From: Candidatus Nealsonbacteria bacterium
GTDB taxonomy: Bacteria; Patescibacteriota; Minisyncoccia; Minisyncoccales; JAGMDC01
Reading direction: 5' to 3'
Length of the DNA stretch: 64,000 nucleotides
Assembly (NCBI GenBank): GCA_030612885.1
Contig: JAUWMZ010000003.1
Span: 69,578-133,577 of the forward strand
Within the stretch, counting starts at the first letter, position 1. Every line of letters starts with the position of its first letter. A program made the translations under genes and the position numbers. Positions 40,354-48,939 of the stretch are shown piece by piece. The notes beneath the pieces were generated by a model, which worked only from the letters and a program-made list of their open reading frames with translations, was not told where the DNA came from and did no database searches.

Positions 40354-41742
40354 ATGAAAAGAATACTATCTATCGATACAACAAAATACATCGGCGAGCA
40401 AGTTAAGTTAGCCGGTTGGATTAACTCGCGGAGAGACCACGGCAAGATTATTTTTATTGACCTCCGGGACAGCTCGGGATTAATACAAATGGTATTTGGA
40501 CAGGAATTTGAAAAAGACATTGTAGCTCAAGAAATGAGGCCGGAATGGATAATTGAAATAGAGGGCATTGTAAGTAAAAGACCAAAAGGAATGGTAAATC
40601 CTAAACTGGCTACTGGAAATATAGAAATAAAAGTAAAAAAATTAAAAGTTTTATCTAAGGCAAAAACCCTGCCTTTTTCTATTGAAAATGACGGCTATGA
40701 AATAAATGAAGAAAAGCGGTTAAAATACCGTTATTTGGATTTAAGGAGAGAACGATTACAGAATAATTTAAAAACTCGCCAAAAAGTAATTCATTTTATG
40801 AGAAATTATCTTATAGAACAAGGTTTTACAGAGATTGAGACACCGCTTTTAACAAAATCAACACCAGAAGGAGCCAGGGATTTTTTGGTGCCGGCTCGCT
40901 TACAGCCCGGAAAATTTTATGCTTTGCCTCAAAGTCCTCAGCAGTATAAGCAGCTTTTAATGGTAGCAGGAATTGAAAAATATTTTCAAATCGCCAGATG
41001 TTTAAGAGATGAAGACCAAAGAGCAGACAGGCAGGCAGAACATACTCAATTGGATATTGAAATGGCATTTACTAATCAGGAAGAAATTTTAAATTTAATA
41101 GAAAAGCTATATATTGACTTAATTAAAAAAATGTTTCCGGAAAAAAGAATTACTAAAATTCCTTTTATTAAAATGACTTATAAGAAAGCGATGGAAAAAT
41201 ACAAAACTGACAAGCCAGACCTTCGGAGGAATAAAAAAAACCCGGATGAATTAGCTTTTGCTTTTATCACTGACTTTCCAATGTTTGAATGGCACCCAGA
41301 GAATAAAACCTGGGGAGCCCAGCATCATCCTTTTACCAAGCCACAGACAGAAGATATCAAAAAAATAAAAAATAATCCAGAGAAAATTTTAGCTTTTCAA
41401 TATGATTTTGTGTTGAATGGCTATGAGATTGGCGGAGGAAGTATCAGAACCACAGATTTAGATATTTTAACTGCTGTTTTTGAAGTTTTAGGTCATAAAA
41501 AACCAGAAATTAAAAAGAAATTCAAAAATTATTTTGAGGCATTTAGCTATGGAGTGCCGCCTCATGGAGGAATTGCTCCAGGAATTGACAGATTCTTGGC
41601 AGTGGTTTTAGACGAACCAAATATTCGGGAAGTAATAGCTTTTCCCAAAACAGGCGATAATCGTGATTTAATGATGGATATTCCCAGCGATGTTACTAAT
41701 GAACAGTTAAAAGAACTACATATTAAAACAACAAAAAAATAA
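40354..41742 (+). CDS. aspS: Aspartate--tRNA ligase, bacterial-type sequence without the GAD insertion domain
   Basis: RRDHGKIIFIDLRDSSGLIQMVF, QSPQQYKQLLMVAGIEKYFQIARCLRDEDQRADRQAEHTQLDIEMAF and GGGSIR...GIDR. Only 462 aa. Confidence 0.92.
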   Translation: MKRILSIDTTKYIGEQVKLAGWINSRRDHGKIIFIDLRDSSGLIQMVFGQEFEKDIVAQEMRPEWIIEIEGIVSKRPKGMVNPKLATGNIEIKVKKLKVLSKAKTLPFSIENDGYEINEEKRLKYRYLDLRRERLQNNLKTRQKVIHFMRNYLIEQGFTEIETPLLTKSTPEGARDFLVPARLQPGKFYALPQSPQQYKQLLMVAGIEKYFQIARCLRDEDQRADRQAEHTQLDIEMAFTNQEEILNLIEKLYIDLIKKMFPEKRITKIPFIKMTYKKAMEKYKTDKPDLRRNKKNPDELAFAFITDFPMFEWHPENKTWGAQHHPFTKPQTEDIKKIKNNPEKILAFQYDFVLNGYEIGGGSIRTTDLDILTAVFEVLGHKKPEIKKKFKNYFEAFSYGVPPHGGIAPGIDRFLAVVLDEPNIREVIAFPKTGDNRDLMMDIPSDVTNEQLKELHIKTTKK

Positions 41743-42791
41743 TGAAACTAAAAATCTTTTTAATATCACTTTTGTTGAGTCTGCCTTTTTGGTGGGGGAT
41801 AAATGTTTTAGCAGGAAATTTAGAAAATGTTTTTTTCTTGGAATTTACTAAAAATAATCCTGAACTTTATATTGCCCAGGTATCTCAATATCCTCCTCAA
41901 GACATAGAAAGAGAAAATGAGAAATTACCAGAACAAGAACCAAAAGAAGAATTATCAGAAAACGAGGAATTATTGAAACAAGAATCAGAAAATTCAGAGA
42001 TTAGCGCTCAATCAATTATCTCTGTTTTAACTGACTCTCAAGGCATGGAAGAAATCATTTTTGAAAAAGATGTTTCTAAAAAACTACCCATTGCCAGTTT
42101 AACTAAATTAATGACTGCTTTAATAGTTTTGGAAACCTATGATATGGACCAAGAGGTAATAATAAGCAAAAAAGCAATGGAACAGCCGGAAGAAAAAGGA
42201 ATGTTAAGCCCGGGAGAAAATCTTTCAGTAGAGAATCTTTTACATATTATGCTCATTGAATCAAGCAATGACGCTGCCTATGCTTTAGCTGAAGGAAGCA
42301 TTGTGGGCCAAGAAAAATATATAGGAGAAGAAAAATTTGTGGAAATGATGAATCTCAAAGCAAAGGATTTATGCCTTGAAAATACTAATTTTTTTAATCC
42401 CACTGGCATAGACGAAGACAAACCGGAAAATTATTCAAAACACTATTCCACCAGTCAAGATTTGGTAAAGCTGTCTAAATATATATTTAACAATTATCCC
42501 CGAATTTTTGAAATAAGCAGAAAACAATCTTATGAAGTTTTAAATTCCGATGGTTCTATCCATCATTTTATCGCGTCTAATACTAATAAGCTTTTAGACC
42601 TTCCTACCAAAGAATGGTGGGGGATAGAGATAATTGGCTGTAAAACCGGCTGGACTCCGGAAGCTCAGGGCTGTCTTCTTTTAGTGATGGAAAAAGAAAA
42701 TCAAGATGGTTATTTAATTAATGTAATCTTAGGTTCAGAAGACAGGTTTGAAGAAATGAAAAAATTAATATATCAAACAGTTTCTCTATGA
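41742..42791 (+). CDS. D-alanyl-D-alanine carboxypeptidase (S11, PBP5/6-like)
   Basis: SxxK ASLTK, SxN ESSND, KTG CKTGWT. N-terminal signal/TM segment. Confidence 0.88.
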   Translation: MKLKIFLISLLLSLPFWWGINVLAGNLENVFFLEFTKNNPELYIAQVSQYPPQDIERENEKLPEQEPKEELSENEELLKQESENSEISAQSIISVLTDSQGMEEIIFEKDVSKKLPIASLTKLMTALIVLETYDMDQEVIISKKAMEQPEEKGMLSPGENLSVENLLHIMLIESSNDAAYALAEGSIVGQEKYIGEEKFVEMMNLKAKDLCLENTNFFNPTGIDEDKPENYSKHYSTSQDLVKLSKYIFNNYPRIFEISRKQSYEVLNSDGSIHHFIASNTNKLLDLPTKEWWGIEIIGCKTGWTPEAQGCLLLVMEKENQDGYLINVILGSEDRFEEMKKLIYQTVSL

Positions 42792-43849
42792 CTCTTTTTA
42801 CTTTCAGTGTAGTTAAAATTTTTCTTATCTCCTCGTTCACAGCAATTATTGCCATTTTTTTGGCTCCTTTTTTAATTAAATTTCTATACAAAATCAAATT
42901 TTGGAAAAAAGAAGCCAGAACTAAAACTATCACCGGAGATAAGGCAGAAGTTTTTTATTCCCTGCATAAGGATAGGGAAGTGAGCGTACCCAGGGGCGGC
43001 GGTTTGATAATTTGGTTCTCGGTTTTAATCGTAATTCTTATCTTTTATTTAGTGAGCAAATTCTCTGACATCTGGTGGCTGAAATCCCTCAATTTTTTAT
43101 CACGAGGGGAAACCTGGCTGCCTCTGTTTACTTTAATAACCGCTTCTTTAGTTGGCTTAACAGATGACATTTTACAGGTTTTTGGAAAAGGGAAGTATAT
43201 TGCCGGCGGTCTGGCTTTTAAAAAACGAATGCTGATGGTGATTTTAATTGGAACAATCGGCGCTTGGTGGTTCTATGGCAAGCTGGGCTGGGATTCTATG
43301 CATATTCCTTTAGTGGGCGATTTTTCTTTAGGAATTTGGTATGTTCTTTTGTTTATTATCACTATGTTGGCTTGCTGGAGCAGCGGAGTGGTTGACGGAA
43401 TAGACGGTTTGGCTGGCGGGGTTTTTGCTTCCATTTTTGGCGCTTTTGCCATTATTGCTTTTTCACAAGGAAGAGTAGATTTAGCTGCTTTTTGTATTGC
43501 TATTACCGGAACATTGTTTGCATTTTTATGGTTTAATATCCCGCCAGCCAAATTCTATATGGGAGAAACAGGAATATTGGGCTTAACCACTACTTTAACT
43601 GTTGTCGCTTTTCTGACTGACTCTTTAATTGTCCTGCCGATAATTGGAGGTCTTTTGGTAATTGAATCCGGTTCTGTTATTTTACAGCTTTTGTCCAAAA
43701 AATTTCGAAAAAAGAAAATCTGGCTATGCACTCCAATTCATCATCACTTTGAAGCAAAAGGCTGGCCGCCTTATCGAGTGACAATGCGTTTTTGGATTAT
43801 CGGAGTTGTTTTAGCAATCATCGGCACTGCCATCCGATTACTGGGCTAA
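42788..43849 (+). CDS. mraY: Phospho-N-acetylmuramoyl-pentapeptide transferase
   Basis: GLTDDILQV, VVDGIDGLAGG, NIPPAKFYMGETG, PIHHHFE. Confidence 0.92.
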   Translation: MTLFTFSVVKIFLISSFTAIIAIFLAPFLIKFLYKIKFWKKEARTKTITGDKAEVFYSLHKDREVSVPRGGGLIIWFSVLIVILIFYLVSKFSDIWWLKSLNFLSRGETWLPLFTLITASLVGLTDDILQVFGKGKYIAGGLAFKKRMLMVILIGTIGAWWFYGKLGWDSMHIPLVGDFSLGIWYVLLFIITMLACWSSGVVDGIDGLAGGVFASIFGAFAIIAFSQGRVDLAAFCIAITGTLFAFLWFNIPPAKFYMGETGILGLTTTLTVVAFLTDSLIVLPIIGGLLVIESGSVILQLLSKKFRKKKIWLCTPIHHHFEAKGWPPYRVTMRFWIIGVVLAIIGTAIRLLG

Positions 43850-43871
43850 TCATCCTATCAAAGGGACGTAG

Positions 43872-43898
43872 ATGTGTAGATGTCAGACATCTACACAT
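43872..43898. repeat. Palindrome ATGTGTAGATG-tcaga-CATCTACACAT
   Basis: 11-bp perfect stem immediately downstream of mraY. Confidence 0.6.
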
Positions 43899-43979
43899 AA
43901 CTATTGATTAATTCTCCAAGATTTGCTAAAAAGAAAACAACGATGAGAAAATCTCATCAACTTAAAAAAAGAATAGGGG

Positions 43980-44237
43980 GTGATTATTGTGAAATATGAA
44001 GTACTTTTAGAAGAACAAGGGAGCAAGAAAACATTACAAATTGAAGCTAAAGACGATATCGATTTATTTAAAGTTTTGGTAGACCAAACAAATCCATTTT
44101 TTCCACCAGTGATAAAAGCTTGGTGTGTTATTGACAAGAAGAAAAGAGAAATTCCACCAGAATCAATTGAATGGTTACATCAAGTATTCGATAATGCCCA
44201 TTACGAGAGTCAATATGCAGCTATAGGAAGTATTTAA
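43980..44237 (+). CDS. Hypothetical protein (85 aa) inserted in the mur/dcw cluster
   Basis: GTG start preceded by GGGGG. A hairpin plus T-run follows at 44283-44316. No motif recognised. Confidence 0.35.
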   Translation: MIIVKYEVLLEEQGSKKTLQIEAKDDIDLFKVLVDQTNPFFPPVIKAWCVIDKKKREIPPESIEWLHQVFDNAHYESQYAAIGSI

Positions 44238-44282
44238 TAATCGGGTAGCATTTGCGCGAGCAAAAAATCAAATAGAAATCAA

Positions 44283-44316
44283 GCTGGGTTGGTTCAATCC
44301 AGCCATTTTTTTTTTG
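44283..44316 (+). terminator. Terminator-like hairpin plus long T-run
   Basis: GCTGG-gttggttcaat-CCAGC followed by CATTTTTTTTTTG. Confidence 0.55.
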
Positions 44317-44336
44317 ATTTCAGGCGAATTTTAGAA

Positions 44337-44383
44337 TATAGCAAATCAGAGATTTGATATATTAAACTAAAGTTTGTTATAAT
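44337..44383 (+). promoter_or_regulatory. Stereotyped promoter module, copy 2
   Basis: TATAGCAAATCAGAGATTTGATATATTAAACTAAAGTTTGTTATAAT. The TATAAT ends 8 nt before the ATG at 44392. Confidence 0.65.
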
Positions 44384-44391
44384 AAAAAAAC

Positions 44392-46104
44392 ATGAAAAAA
44401 GTTGATAGTTTACCCCGCACCTTTTCTGGACAGAAGCCGAAGGCTTCAAAAATGCAAAAAAGTGCAGAAAAGGTGCGGGGTTTAAGAAAAAAATATCCGA
44501 AATTTGTTTACGAAAGTTATTTTTACGAAATCTTTAAAAATGATTTAAAGATTTCTTTTGATTTTAAGATATACACAAAAGGAGATAGGGCGAGGACGGA
44601 CTTCGCCCAATCTCACATTATTCATTTTCAACCAAAAATTGTAATAAAAAACATTGATAAAAAACGATTAGCAGAAATAGGCCCGCCTGCATCGGCTACG
44701 CCTGCTCGCAGCGATGCAGCAACTTCGGGCAAGCCGAAGGCGTTGCGGGCAGGGGACAGGGTATTAGATAATCTTGTTTTTCATTTGGGTTTAATGGAAA
44801 TTCCCAGTTATTGGAAAACGACTTGTTCGCCAGAAATTGAAATCAAAGCCGGATATTTAGATAAACAGCAAATAAAATGGTGGAAAGATTTTATCCTTAA
44901 TGGAATGGGTCAATTCTTTTATGAAAATAAAATTGATTTTACTAAATCAAATTTTCTAAAAATTACTTCAGTAGCGGAGAACAGTTCTCCGCTAAAATTG
45001 GCGGAGAACAGTTCTCCGCAATCTTTAACAAAGAATTTTTTAATCCCAATGGGCGAGGGCAAGGATTCAATTGTTACTTTAGAGTTGCTCAAAAAATTTG
45101 ACAAGATTAGCGTAGGCAAAAAAAGTCAAATAGATTGCTTTGTTGTTAATCCCACGAAAGAGCATTTTAAAATTTTAAAGATTGCTAAAATTAAAAATCC
45201 AATCATTGCCCAAAGAAAGATAGATCCTGTTTTATTAGAATTAAACCGAAAAGGATCCTACCCTGCCTGCCCTGAGCGAAGTCGAAGGGAGCTCGCCGAA
45301 GGGTTTTTGAATGGACACACGCCAATTACAGCTGTAATTTCTAATTTAGCAGTTTTTTGTGCGGTTTTATTTGGGTTTAAGAGTGTAGTTATGTCCTGTG
45401 AAAGAAGCTCAAATGAAGGCAATGTGAGGTATTTAAAAAAAACAATAAACCATCAGTGGTCAAAAAGTTTTGAATTTGAAAACAAATACAGAAATTATGT
45501 TAAAAAATATTTAGTTAAAGACATAAACCCCGCACCTTTTATGCACAGAAGGTGCGTGGTAAACTATTTTAGTTTTCTAAGGCCTTTGTATGAAATCCAG
45601 ATTGCTAAAATTTTTTCCAAATTTTCAGAATATTTTCCTGTATTTTTAAGCTGTAATGAAGCAAGAAAAACAAATTCCTGGACTAAAAAACCAACAGGCA
45701 AATGGTGCGGGAGATGCTCAAAATGCCTGTTTATTTGGACAATTTTATATCCTTTTGTAAAAGAAAAAGAATTAATAAAAATCTTTGGCAAAAATCTTTT
45801 TAAAGATAAAAAACTAATTCCAATAATGAAAGAACTAATAGGAAATGATAAATATAAGCCATTTGAATGCGTTGGCACTAAAAAAGAAACTCTGATTGCT
45901 TTTTACTTGTCATACAAAATTTACATAGGTGACACCTATGTAAATTTACCGCTTTTATTGAGGTATTTTGAAAAAAAAGTTTTGCCAAAATACTCAAAAT
46001 TAAAATTAGAGCAGGACTCAAAAAAGATATTAAGCTCATGGAATAAGCAAAATAACTTACCAAAAGAATTTGACAAAGCTTTAAGAAAGTTATATTTTAA
46101 ATAA
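44392..46104 (+). CDS. Uncharacterised dcw-cluster protein with a PP-loop-like GEGKDS motif and C-terminal CGRCSKC (possible MurL-type epimerase), carrying six in-frame GC-rich palindromic insertions
   Basis: Continuous 570-aa frame located between mraY and murD. The MurL assignment rests only on position next to murD and vague recall of the family. Insertions are listed as separate repeat features. Confidence 0.6.
   Translation: MKKVDSLPRTFSGQKPKASKMQKSAEKVRGLRKKYPKFVYESYFYEIFKNDLKISFDFKIYTKGDRARTDFAQSHIIHFQPKIVIKNIDKKRLAEIGPPASATPARSDAATSGKPKALRAGDRVLDNLVFHLGLMEIPSYWKTTCSPEIEIKAGYLDKQQIKWWKDFILNGMGQFFYENKIDFTKSNFLKITSVAENSSPLKLAENSSPQSLTKNFLIPMGEGKDSIVTLELLKKFDKISVGKKSQIDCFVVNPTKEHFKILKIAKIKNPIIAQRKIDPVLLELNRKGSYPACPERSRRELAEGFLNGHTPITAVISNLAVFCAVLFGFKSVVMSCERSSNEGNVRYLKKTINHQWSKSFEFENKYRNYVKKYLVKDINPAPFMHRRCVVNYFSFLRPLYEIQIAKIFSKFSEYFPVFLSCNEARKTNSWTKKPTGKWCGRCSKCLFIWTILYPFVKEKELIKIFGKNLFKDKKLIPIMKELIGNDKYKPFECVGTKKETLIAFYLSYKIYIGDTYVNLPLLLRYFEKKVLPKYSKLKLEQDSKKILSSWNKQNNLPKEFDKALRKLYFK
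44413..44480. repeat. PE-2 family palindromic element, copy 2, in frame inside the CDS
   Basis: CCCCGCACCTTTTCTG ... CAGAAAAGGTGCGGGG (16-bp perfect arms). It encodes LPRTFSGQKPKASKMQKSAEKVRGL. Confidence 0.85.
44588..44608. repeat. REP-like GC hairpin, copy B, in frame inside the CDS
   Basis: GGGCGAGG-ACGGA-CTTCGCCC is 21 nt (7 codons) and encodes (D)RARTDFAQ. Confidence 0.85.
44681..44750. repeat. 70-nt GC-rich two-hairpin element closed by an outer stem, in frame inside the CDS
   Basis: GCCCGC [CTGCATCG..17 nt..CGATGCAG] caa [CTTCGGgcaagCCGAAG] gcgtt GCGGGC. It encodes PPASATPARSDAATSGKPKALRAG. Confidence 0.8.
44974..45019. repeat. Tandem pair of the 19-nt palindrome GCGGAGAACAGTTCTCCGC (27-nt period), in frame inside the CDS
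   Basis: Copies lie at 44974-44992 and 45001-45019 and encode AENSSPLKL-AENSSPQSL. Confidence 0.85.
45253..45303. repeat. GC-rich insertion with CCCT(GAGCGAAGTCGA)AGGG hairpin and CGAAGGG direct repeat, in frame inside the CDS
   Basis: Encodes GSYPACPERSRRELAEG. The loop is related to the GAGCGAAGCGA loops at 3124-3134 and 8648-8658. Confidence 0.75.
45528..45559. repeat. PE-2 family short hairpin, copy 3, in frame inside the CDS
   Basis: CCCCGCACCTT-ttatgcacag-AAGGTGCGTGG encodes NPAPFMHRRCVV. Confidence 0.8.
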
Positions 46105-46118
46105 AAGAGGTGATAGAA

Positions 46119-46352
46119 ATGGGAGAAGAAGTAAAGATAGCAACAAAAGACCGAATAAAAAGGCAAATACTGCAAACTCTGAATTTGTTAGAAATATATG
46201 GAGCTAATAATATTGCTGAAGTTATAGAATGGGCCCACAGGGAAGACTTATTAAATCTTGAACTGAGAGTTGGTCTAATTGGCGAATTTCCAATGCTTAC
46301 AGACAAAGGCAGGGAGTGGTTAGAAAAGCAAAAAATAAAAGATGGGAACTAA
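46119..46352 (+). CDS. Small hypothetical protein (about 77 aa), possibly wHTH-like
   Basis: ATG at 46119 is preceded by AGAGGTGA. KRQILQTLNLLEIYGANNIAEVIEWA resembles a winged-helix core. It sits between the MurL-like ORF and murD. Confidence 0.4.
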   Translation: MGEEVKIATKDRIKRQILQTLNLLEIYGANNIAEVIEWAHREDLLNLELRVGLIGEFPMLTDKGREWLEKQKIKDGN

Positions 46353-46400
46353 ATAGTTCCTCTTTTTTTTGACCTTTGGGTGATTTTGGGGTATGATAAA

Positions 46401-46469
46401 TCCAGCACCTTTTTGATAGGATATTAAACCCCACCAAGGAAAGGTAGATTATTCTAAAAAGGTGCTGGA
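46401..46469. repeat. PE-2 family palindromic element, copy 4 (variant arms TCCAGCACCTTTTT / AAAAAGGTGCTGGA)
   Basis: It lies directly upstream of murD. The listed GTG start at 46462 falls inside its right arm. Confidence 0.8.
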
Positions 46470-46476
46470 TAAAAAA

Positions 46477-47766
46477 ATGAAGTTAGAAGAATTAAAAAAC
46501 AAAAAAATACTTATTTTAGGTTTAGGGAAAGAGGGAATGGATAACTTCAAATTTTTGAGAAGGCTATTTCCGAATAAAGTTTTGGGATTGGCTGACAGAA
46601 AAGAATTTTCAAAACTAATAAAAAAAGATAAGAAAATTAGATTACATTTGGGAAAAAATTACCTCAAAGCCATAAAAAAATACGATGTAATAATAAAATC
46701 TCCTGGCATTCCTATTCTTTTGCCAGAGGTTGAAAGGGCTTTAAAACAAGGAAAGATAACTTCGCAGACAAAAATATTTTTTGAAAATTGTCCTGGAACA
46801 ATTATTGGTATCACTGGCACAAAAGGGAAAAGCACTACTGCTGCCTTAATTTACAAAATACTAAAAGACGCTAAATTAAAAACTCATTTAATTGGAAATA
46901 TTGGAAAACCAGTTTTATCTTATTTGGGCAACCCATTCGACAAACTCAGGGCGAGAGCAAAAGAAAATGATATTTTTGTCTATGAATTATCCTGCCATCA
47001 ATTATACAATCTTAAAAAACCTGCCGGCAGGCAGGCAGGAGTCCCTTATATTGCTGTTCTCTTAAATATCTATCCTGAACATCTTGATTATTACAAAAGT
47101 TTTAAAGAATATATAAAAGCAAAAGCAAATATCACTCGCTGGCAAACCAAAAATGATTATTTAATTTTTAATTCCCAGGATAAAATTGTCAGAGAAATTG
47201 CTAAAAACACAAAGGCAAAAAAAATTCCGATTAAAGGAAAATTTAATCTCTTAAATGTATCTGCTGCCAAAGAAGTAGGAAAAATATTCAAGATTTCTTC
47301 TAAAGAAATTGCCAAGTCAATTAAAAGCTTTAAACCTTTGCCGCACCGATTAGAGTTTGTTGGTATCTATAAAGAAATCAAATTTTACAATGATTCTTTG
47401 TCTACTATTCCAGAAACCACTATTGCTGCCTTAGACGCTTTAGGGAAAGATGTTCAGACATTAATTTTGGGCGGCTATGATAGGGGATTGGATTTTAAAA
47501 AACTGGGCAAAAGAATAGCGAGAAGTAAAGTAAAAACATTGATTTTATTTCCAGAAACCGGTAAAAAAATTTGGATTTCTGTTACTTCTAAAAAACGATT
47601 TAAAGCTTTTTTTGTGAATAATATGAAAGAAGCAATAAAATTTGCCTATCAGCACACTGAAAAAGGAAAAATTTGTTTATTATCGCCGGCTTCACCAAGT
47701 TTTGGTATTTTTAAAGATTATAAGGAAAGAGGAAATTTATTTAAAAAGTACATTTCAGGAATTTGA
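46477..47766 (+). CDS. murD: UDP-N-acetylmuramoyl-L-alanine--D-glutamate ligase (MurD family)
   Basis: ATG at 46477 ([20 protein letters not shown]). [10 protein letters not shown] and Mur ligase domains. Two short GC-rich in-frame patches lie at 46926-46957 and 47010-47028. Confidence 0.88.
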   Translation: MKLEELKNKKILILGLGKEGMDNFKFLRRLFPNKVLGLADRKEFSKLIKKDKKIRLHLGKNYLKAIKKYDVIIKSPGIPILLPEVERALKQGKITSQTKIFFENCPGTIIGITGTKGKSTTAALIYKILKDAKLKTHLIGNIGKPVLSYLGNPFDKLRARAKENDIFVYELSCHQLYNLKKPAGRQAGVPYIAVLLNIYPEHLDYYKSFKEYIKAKANITRWQTKNDYLIFNSQDKIVREIAKNTKAKKIPIKGKFNLLNVSAAKEVGKIFKISSKEIAKSIKSFKPLPHRLEFVGIYKEIKFYNDSLSTIPETTIAALDALGKDVQTLILGGYDRGLDFKKLGKRIARSKVKTLILFPETGKKIWISVTSKKRFKAFFVNNMKEAIKFAYQHTEKGKICLLSPASPSFGIFKDYKERGNLFKKYISGI

Positions 47767-47792
47767 TATATTAGACTAAAATTTGCTATAAT
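47761..47792 (+). promoter_or_regulatory. Stereotyped promoter module, copy 3 (overlaps the murD stop)
   Basis: ATTTGATATATTAGACTAAAATTTGCTATAAT. The TATAAT ends 7 nt before the ftsW ATG at 47800. Confidence 0.6.
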
Positions 47793-47799
47793 AACAATA

Positions 47800-48939
47800 A
47801 TGAAAGAGGGTAATATCCAACGTCCTGATTATATTCTTTTGGGAACAATAATTACTTTAATAACTTTAGGAATTTTAATTCTGGCTGATATTTCCGCTTC
47901 TCTTTCTCAAGAAAGATTTGGCAATAGTACCTATTATTTAATTCATCAAATCAAATATGGATTAATACCGGGAATTATATTGGGTTTCTTAGCTTATAAG
48001 GTTTCTTTATCTTTTTTAAGAAAATGGTCCTTGGCTCTGCTTTTGTTAAATTTAATCTTTTTAGGATTAGTTTTCCTGCCAGGAATCGGCTCTAATATAA
48101 GTGGAGCCTCCCGCTGGGTAAATTTAGGATTCATTTCTTTCCAGCCATCAGAATTTTTAAAGGTGAGTTTTATCATCTACCTGGCTGCCTGGTTAAGCCG
48201 TTCTGGTATTAAAACAGAATATCAAAAAAAGAAAACAAAAAAAATAATTAGTGAGAAAATATCCGAAAGATTAGCTCCTTTTTCAATAATTATTGGTTTG
48301 ATAAGCTTATTCTTAATCCTTCAACCAGATATAAGCACTTTAGGTATTATTGTTTTAGCGGCTATTATAATGTATTTCTCTATAGGAACCCCTTTTTGGC
48401 ACAGTGTTTTTATAGTTTTGGCTGGTTTATCGGCTTTAGCGCTTTTAATAAAAACAGCTCCTTATAGGTTTAATCGAATTTTAGCTTTTTTAAAGCCAGA
48501 GATAGATCCTATGGGAATAAGCTATCAAATAAAACAATCCCTGATAGCTATTGGCTCTGGAGGAATATTCGGATTAGGCCTGGCAATGTCTTATCAGAAG
48601 TTCGGATTTCTGCCTCAATCAATGTCAGATTCAATCTTTTCCATATATGCTGAAGAAACCGGTTTGATTGGAAGTTTATTTTTGATTCTCCTTTTCTTAT
48701 TTTTCTTTTGGCAAGGATGCAGGCTTTTCAAAAAAAACTCAGATGATTTTTCCCGGCTTTTAACTTTAGGAATTTGTTCCTGGATCAGTATTCAGGCCTT
48801 GATTCATATCAGCTCAATGATTGCTGTTTTTCCTTTAACTGGCATTCCTTTGCCTTTTATAAGTTACGGCGGTTCACATCTTCTGGCTGAAATGATTGGA
48901 GTAGGACTGCTGTTAAATATTTCTAAAAATACATTATGA
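47800..48939 (+). CDS. ftsW: SEDS-family peptidoglycan polymerase FtsW/RodA
   Basis: Ten-TM ORF with SRWVNLGFISFQPSEFLK and PLTGIPLPFISYGGS. Confidence 0.9.
   Translation: MKEGNIQRPDYILLGTIITLITLGILILADISASLSQERFGNSTYYLIHQIKYGLIPGIILGFLAYKVSLSFLRKWSLALLLLNLIFLGLVFLPGIGSNISGASRWVNLGFISFQPSEFLKVSFIIYLAAWLSRSGIKTEYQKKKTKKIISEKISERLAPFSIIIGLISLFLILQPDISTLGIIVLAAIIMYFSIGTPFWHSVFIVLAGLSALALLIKTAPYRFNRILAFLKPEIDPMGISYQIKQSLIAIGSGGIFGLGLAMSYQKFGFLPQSMSDSIFSIYAEETGLIGSLFLILLFLFFFWQGCRLFKKNSDDFSRLLTLGICSWISIQALIHISSMIAVFPLTGIPLPFISYGGSHLLAEMIGVGLLLNISKNTL

Noticed and set aside
42718-42933. Minus-strand ORF of 71 aa at the dacB/mraY junction
   Set aside because: It is antisense to two well-supported, overlapping + strand genes.
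46097-46306. Minus-strand ORF of 69 aa versus + strand ORF 46110..46352
   Set aside because: The + strand ORF has an AGAGGTGA RBS and a plausible wHTH-like sequence. The minus ORF has neither.
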